Origin: a virus | Taxonomy: Duplodnaviria > Caudoviricetes | DNA length: 50,671 nt | Reading direction: 5' to 3' (one strand) | IMG/VR virus record: IMGVR_UViG_3300003885_000005 | Coordinates: 1 to 50,671 of that record | Shown here: positions 46,959 to 50,671 of the stretch, one piece after another | How positions within the stretch are numbered: position 1 is the stretch's first letter | How the letters are laid out: each line of letters begins with the position of its first letter | The notes under the pieces: model-generated | The model's database searches: none | What the model was told of the DNA's origin: nothing | What the model saw: only the letters and a program-made list of their open reading frames with translations | Program-made: the position numbers and the translations under genes

Positions 46959-47266
46959 GCGTTGTAGAAATGATTGATGTAGATATTGAGAAGGAAATAA
47001 AGGAGTTTCCTTTAGTACCATATACACAGAGGGTCTATATAATAGAAGATGAGGTATTTAAATCTCATGGTCTATATATTCCAGATTCTTCTCGTAAAGA
47101 AGGCGAAATGCAAACTAATATAGGTACTGTGGTAGCTGTGGCTGATGATATTGGCTTTGTAAAGCCCGGCGATAGGGTTCTGTATGCCCGTTATTCTGGT
47201 TCATGGGTTCTCGATCAAAAATACCGAGTCATGAACGAAGAGGATATTCTTGGGAGATATAAATGA
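46955..47266 (+). CDS. groES: Co-chaperonin GroES (Cpn10)-like
   Basis: P...RV, GLYIPD, GTVVAV, VKPGDRVLY..YSG and MNEEDILG motifs. Confidence 0.88.
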   Translation: MSVVEMIDVDIEKEIKEFPLVPYTQRVYIIEDEVFKSHGLYIPDSSRKEGEMQTNIGTVVAVADDIGFVKPGDRVLYARYSGSWVLDQKYRVMNEEDILGRYK

Positions 47267-47292
47267 GTAGCGTTCATTATATGAACAATACT
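47266..47292. promoter_or_regulatory. 27-bp dyad, copy 8: AGTAGC GTTCA TTATA TGAAC AATACT
   Basis: Begins at the groES stop codon. Confidence 0.85.
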
Positions 47293-47405
47293 AACGCGCC
47301 GCGCTTGGCGCTTACGCCGGTCGTTTGCACTCACGCTGGTCGGGCGCTGTCGTTGTCTTTCATTAAACCGGCCGTGGCAGTTGCCGTTGCCGTTTTTGTA
47401 GTTTT
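47293..47405 (+). other. CpG-rich intergenic hairpin element with a T-rich tail (ssi/sso-like)
   Basis: Stem GGCGC..CCGGTCG / TGGTCGG GCGCT (47307..47348) with G-T pairs, followed by TTGCCGTTGCCGTTTTTG. Confidence 0.4.
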
Positions 47406-47443
47406 AAATAACACCTTTAAGGTGCGAAATCATAGGAGGAACT

Positions 47444-48316
47444 ATGCCAGGTGAAGAGAAAAAAGACGCAGAAGGTAATGTAATAATAGAAACTGGGAAC
47501 AAGGGAAAAGAGCAATGGATAGACCCAGGGTCTCAAGAAGGAGTAAAGAAAGATCCCAGGGTTGAACAGAATAAGTTGACTCCTGATACTCCAAGGTTTC
47601 AGGATATTTATAAGGAGATGAAACAGGGTCAGGAGAAGATTGCTGAGCTTGAGAAGAAGATCGAAGTTGGCTCTGGTAATACTGCTTTAGTTGAAGAGAT
47701 GCGTAAGCATAATCAGGCACTTGAGAAAACTATTCAGGGAATATCTGAAAAGAATTCGTCTGAGACGGCTGATACGACAGTTAAAGACCTTGAGACCAAG
47801 TTGACTGAGTTCAAAGAGTTAAAGAAAGCAGCTAGAGAAAAAGCTGACTTTGAGTCTGAAACAGATATTGACGAGAAGATGGCTGATCTCCGGGTCGATA
47901 TCAGAGACGCTAAGAAAGCTAAAGCAGCACCTAAGACTCCTGAAAAGAAAGAGTCTGAGATATCTGATGATGATACAGCTGAATATGAACTTTGGAAAGC
48001 TGACAATCCATGGTTTACTAAAGAGCCAAAAAAGAAGGCTTATGCTATACTTGTTGAAAAGAAGATAGTAAAAGAGCCTGAATTTGCGGACTCAACTATA
48101 ACAGAAGTGTTGGAGGAGGTGGGAAAAAGGGTGGAAGAGAAATTTAAACCAGTAGAGGGAGTAAACGCTGTAGAGGCTGGAGAGCATAAAGGTTCTAACC
48201 GGATTCCTGGCACTGTGAAGGTGTCTCCTGTTGAGATGGAACTTGCTAAGGGTTTTGGAATATCACCAGAGAGATGGGCAAAACAGAAGTCTATGATAGC
48301 AGGAGGTAATAAGTAA
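47444..48316 (+). CDS. Capsid scaffolding protein
   Basis: E/K-rich coiled coil; W...NPWF motif and C-terminal AKGFGIS.E.WAK; upstream of the capsid genes. Confidence 0.75.
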   Translation: MPGEEKKDAEGNVIIETGNKGKEQWIDPGSQEGVKKDPRVEQNKLTPDTPRFQDIYKEMKQGQEKIAELEKKIEVGSGNTALVEEMRKHNQALEKTIQGISEKNSSETADTTVKDLETKLTEFKELKKAAREKADFESETDIDEKMADLRVDIRDAKKAKAAPKTPEKKESEISDDDTAEYELWKADNPWFTKEPKKKAYAILVEKKIVKEPEFADSTITEVLEEVGKRVEEKFKPVEGVNAVEAGEHKGSNRIPGTVKVSPVEMELAKGFGISPERWAKQKSMIAGGNK

Positions 48317-48739
48317 ATGGAAAATAAACCACAATTAAATATACTACAGGAAACCGGTGCTCCAAAACCACAAGCCACTCAGCCTTGGAAACCTGCTCAG
48401 GTATTAAAAGTTGCAGAGAGACCAGGTTTTAGGCGTAAATGGGTAAGAGAAGACTTAGTTGACAGATTTCAAGCTGAAGGTTGGAAGTTTGTTGATAATA
48501 AGAATAAATCTGTAAACCCTCCAAAAACAATAGTTGATGGAGCTCCACTATCTACGGTAGTGCAAAAGAGAGAACTGGTTCTCATGGAGATTACTGAGGA
48601 ACTAGCGAAGTCAAGGGAAGCATACTTTAAATCACTATCTGATGGAGCATTAGAGTCAAGTGTTAATGAGTTTAAGAAGACTGCTAATGAGGGTAGTGGT
48701 AAGAGCTATGGCGAAGTAACAATCAGAGGAGGTAAATAA
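48317..48739 (+). CDS. Conserved head-region protein
   Basis: W.P..L....PGF..KWVR, EGW.FV and LVLM.I pattern, typically found between scaffold and capsid genes. Confidence 0.65.
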   Translation: MENKPQLNILQETGAPKPQATQPWKPAQVLKVAERPGFRRKWVREDLVDRFQAEGWKFVDNKNKSVNPPKTIVDGAPLSTVVQKRELVLMEITEELAKSREAYFKSLSDGALESSVNEFKKTANEGSGKSYGEVTIRGGK

Positions 48740-49254
48740 TGGCAAATAAGGATTTTGCAAGAGGTTTATGGCCTGCTGGTCATTTGACTGGTGGCATGAT
48801 TAGAACTCATCCTTATATCTTAACCACAGGTCAGGTAATTAGACGAGGTGAAGTTGTAATAGCTGTAGCCGGTGGTACTGTTGAGGATGGAGCTGCTGGG
48901 AGTGGGGCTATTGTAGTTGGTGTATCTGCTGATTTCGTGGATGATTCTGGTAGTGCAGGTAGTAAAGTTGTTAATGTTTTTGACGACCCCAATATCATCT
49001 TTGGAGTGCAGGGTGCGACTGGAGTAACACCTGCTGCTACAGATGTTTTTGCGACATCTGATTTAGTAACGTGTAGTAAGACTGGTGTAACTGATGCTTC
49101 TCAACTATCTGACACAGAGCTAGACCTTGATGGCAATGCTCAAGTCAAGATTATTGGTAAGGTTGATGAGCCAGATAATGCCTGGGGTGTTAATGTTAAT
49201 CTTCTCGTTATCTTTAACGAGCATCTTTATAAAGCCGCGGTAGCTGGCGTTTAA
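48739..49254 (+). CDS. Capsid decoration/cement-like protein
   Basis: MANKD..RGL.P and V.DDPN.IF motifs; immediately before the MCP gene. Confidence 0.65.
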   Translation: MANKDFARGLWPAGHLTGGMIRTHPYILTTGQVIRRGEVVIAVAGGTVEDGAAGSGAIVVGVSADFVDDSGSAGSKVVNVFDDPNIIFGVQGATGVTPAATDVFATSDLVTCSKTGVTDASQLSDTELDLDGNAQVKIIGKVDEPDNAWGVNVNLLVIFNEHLYKAAVAGV

Positions 49255-49269
49255 GAGGAGGTAACATAA

Positions 49270-50163
49270 ATGCCACTTTATTCAAGTAACATGCCGGAGC
49301 TTCTGGAGCCAGGAATAAGAATCGTCTATGGTGATTCTTACAATGACTACCCAGAAGAATATACAGAAGCATTTGAGGTAGATACCTCTACAAAAGCTAC
49401 TGAGAAGGACTTCAGTGTGAGTGGATTTGGACTTGCTCAGCAGAAGGGTGAAGGTCAAGATGTGTACTTTGATGAGATGTATAAGGGGTTTTCAACTACC
49501 TACACTCACCTTGAATATGCTCTTGGGTTTGCTGTAACAAGGATAATGTACGAAGATGATCTGTACCGTCAGATTAAATCTCGTCCACAGGCCTTGGCAA
49601 GAAGTGTCAGACACACTGTTGAGATCTTGTCTGCGAATATCTTAAACAATGCTTTCACATCCGGACTCGGTGGTGATGGAGTTGTTCTTTGCTCTGCTAG
49701 CCATCCGATCAAAACTGGGACACTCAGCAATCTAATGAGTCCTACAGCTACTTTCTCTGTTACATCTTTTGAGCAGGCTTTAATTGATATTCAAGGATGG
49801 ACAGATGATAGAGGGTTGAAAATCAGGGTGCTTCCAAAGAAACTGATTGTAAGTCCTAGTGATGCATTTCAGGCTCAGATTGTCCTTAAATCTGCGAAGA
49901 TGCCAGGTACTGCTGACAATGACGTTAACCCAGCGATGAACTATCTTCCTAATGGTTATACTGTCATGCACTTTCTCACCGACACAGATGCTTGGTTCCT
50001 TAAAACAGACCAGCCCAATGGTTTGATGTTCTTCTGGAGACGTAGACCAGAATTCACCAGAGATAATGACTTTAAGTCAGATAACGCTCTGTTTAAAACT
50101 ACCCTTAGATGTTCACAGGGTTGGACGGACTGGCGAGGACTGTACGGATCTGCTGGGGCCTGA
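49270..50163 (+). CDS. Major capsid protein (Mu gpT-like family)
   Basis: LEPG, GFG.A..KGEG, YALGF.VT...EDDLY, GGDGV.L...HP and LTDTDAWFL motifs. Confidence 0.88.
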   Translation: MPLYSSNMPELLEPGIRIVYGDSYNDYPEEYTEAFEVDTSTKATEKDFSVSGFGLAQQKGEGQDVYFDEMYKGFSTTYTHLEYALGFAVTRIMYEDDLYRQIKSRPQALARSVRHTVEILSANILNNAFTSGLGGDGVVLCSASHPIKTGTLSNLMSPTATFSVTSFEQALIDIQGWTDDRGLKIRVLPKKLIVSPSDAFQAQIVLKSAKMPGTADNDVNPAMNYLPNGYTVMHFLTDTDAWFLKTDQPNGLMFFWRRRPEFTRDNDFKSDNALFKTTLRCSQGWTDWRGLYGSAGA

Positions 50164-50176
50164 TGAAAGTAACAAA

Positions 50177-50301
50177 GAGTCCAAGTAATGTGTTAAGTAT
50201 GAGGACTCCTTCCAGGATGAAGGAGGTGGCTGCTAATTTTAAAATTAGACGGCCACTTCCCATTCGGAGGAAGAATGTGAAGTCTGGTGCTTTTCCGCCA
50301 G
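50177..50301 (+). other. Multi-hairpin structured intergenic region after the MCP gene
   Basis: Stems GAGTCC/GGACTC; GGAGGTGGCTG-CTAATTTTAAAATTAG-A-CGGCCACTTCC; CATTC/GAATG; CTGGTG/CGCCAG. Confidence 0.5.
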
Positions 50302-50310
50302 CGTTTAATA

Positions 50311-50337
50311 AGTAATGTTCACGAAATGAACACAACT
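50311..50337. promoter_or_regulatory. 27-bp dyad, copy 9: AGTAAT GTTCA CGAAA TGAAC ACAACT
   Basis: Intergenic, downstream of the MCP gene. Confidence 0.85.
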
Positions 50338-50394
50338 ACCTCTGACCCTAAATAGGGTTGGTGAACCAGTAAGACTGGTAAACTGGAGGAAGAT

Positions 50395-50671
50395 ATGTCA
50401 AGAGATTCAAGTTATGGTTTTGGATTAAATGGGCCTACCTGGAATGGTATGCCTATGGTAGGTGGAGTTCCAGTAACATTTGGTAATACTGCCTATAATG
50501 GTGCTGGTAAGAGGTATTATGTTAACCCGACTACCGGCGCTAATGGTAATAAGGGGCTTAGTATGGCAAAGCCTCTTGAAACTCTTGCTGCTGCTGAAGG
50601 CAAGATGACAAGTAACAACCATGATACGGTTATTCTTTCAGCCACTTCAGGTCATGCCTTAACAGATGAGC
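50395..50671 (+). CDS. N-terminal part of the beta-helix virion protein that continues at 1..819
   Basis: GGAGG RBS; YYVNP..G.NGN.G.S...P..TL.AA motif typical of pectin-lyase-fold proteins. Confidence 0.75.
   Translation, partial: MSRDSSYGFGLNGPTWNGMPMVGGVPVTFGNTAYNGAGKRYYVNPTTGANGNKGLSMAKPLETLAAAEGKMTSNNHDTVILSATSGHALTDE
50581..50671. repeat. Terminal direct repeat, identical to 1..91
   Basis: Exact sequence identity. Confidence 0.97.

Noticed and set aside
47263-47454. 63-aa ORF between groES and the scaffold gene
   Set aside because: Codon usage is atypical, and it coincides with the dyad and hairpin element. It is more likely non-coding, though not excluded.
9117-50337. Dyad copies as a CRISPR array or MITE family
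   Set aside because: The copies are kilobases apart, with no spacer array, no target-site duplications and no cas operon or transposase. The Cas4-like nuclease sits in a normal recombination module.
50581-50671. Biological terminal repeat of the virion DNA
   Set aside because: It lies mid-gene and is an exact short overlap, typical of assembler circularisation.
1-50671. Stop-codon reassignment, or introns/inteins in core genes
   Set aside because: Core genes (terL, portal, MCP, polymerase, ligase) are intact and of normal length in the standard code, and all three stop codons end genes.

Overview
This window appears to be a complete, circularly permuted genome (about 50,580 bp) of a tailed dsDNA phage with podovirus-like gene order. 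The last 91 nt repeat the first 91 nt, and one gene (50395..50580 + 1..819) runs across the join. The + strand arm (42.2 kb, through the join, to 22.2 kb) carries terS, terL, portal, GroES, scaffold, capsid, tail and adsorption genes, an M15 endolysin, a holin and three ejection-type proteins. The - strand arm (41.9 kb down to 22.2 kb) carries consensus sigma70 promoters, a Cas4/RecB-like nuclease, an ATP-dependent ligase, a Sak4-like ATPase, SSB, a TSCPD protein, a ParB-HTH-DNA methyltransferase fusion, a UDG-fused family A DNA polymerase, a DUF3987 helicase, ThyX and many small Zn-finger ORFs. I found no integrase and no recognisable primase. The most notable unexplained features are: (1) nine dispersed copies of a 27-bp dyad, A(G/C)T-N3-GTTCA-N5-TGAAC-N3-A(G/C)T, which may be parS-like loading sites for the ParB-methyltransferase; (2) an origin-like locus with 56-bp inverted arms enclosing 12 ACATG copies; (3) a second adenine methyltransferase embedded between duplicated domains of the 1886-aa ejection protein; (4) a 158-nt tRNA-like RNA with extra hairpins; and (5) CpG-rich hairpin elements that resemble single-strand priming sites. 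All protein calls come from motif recognition by eye, not from database searches.
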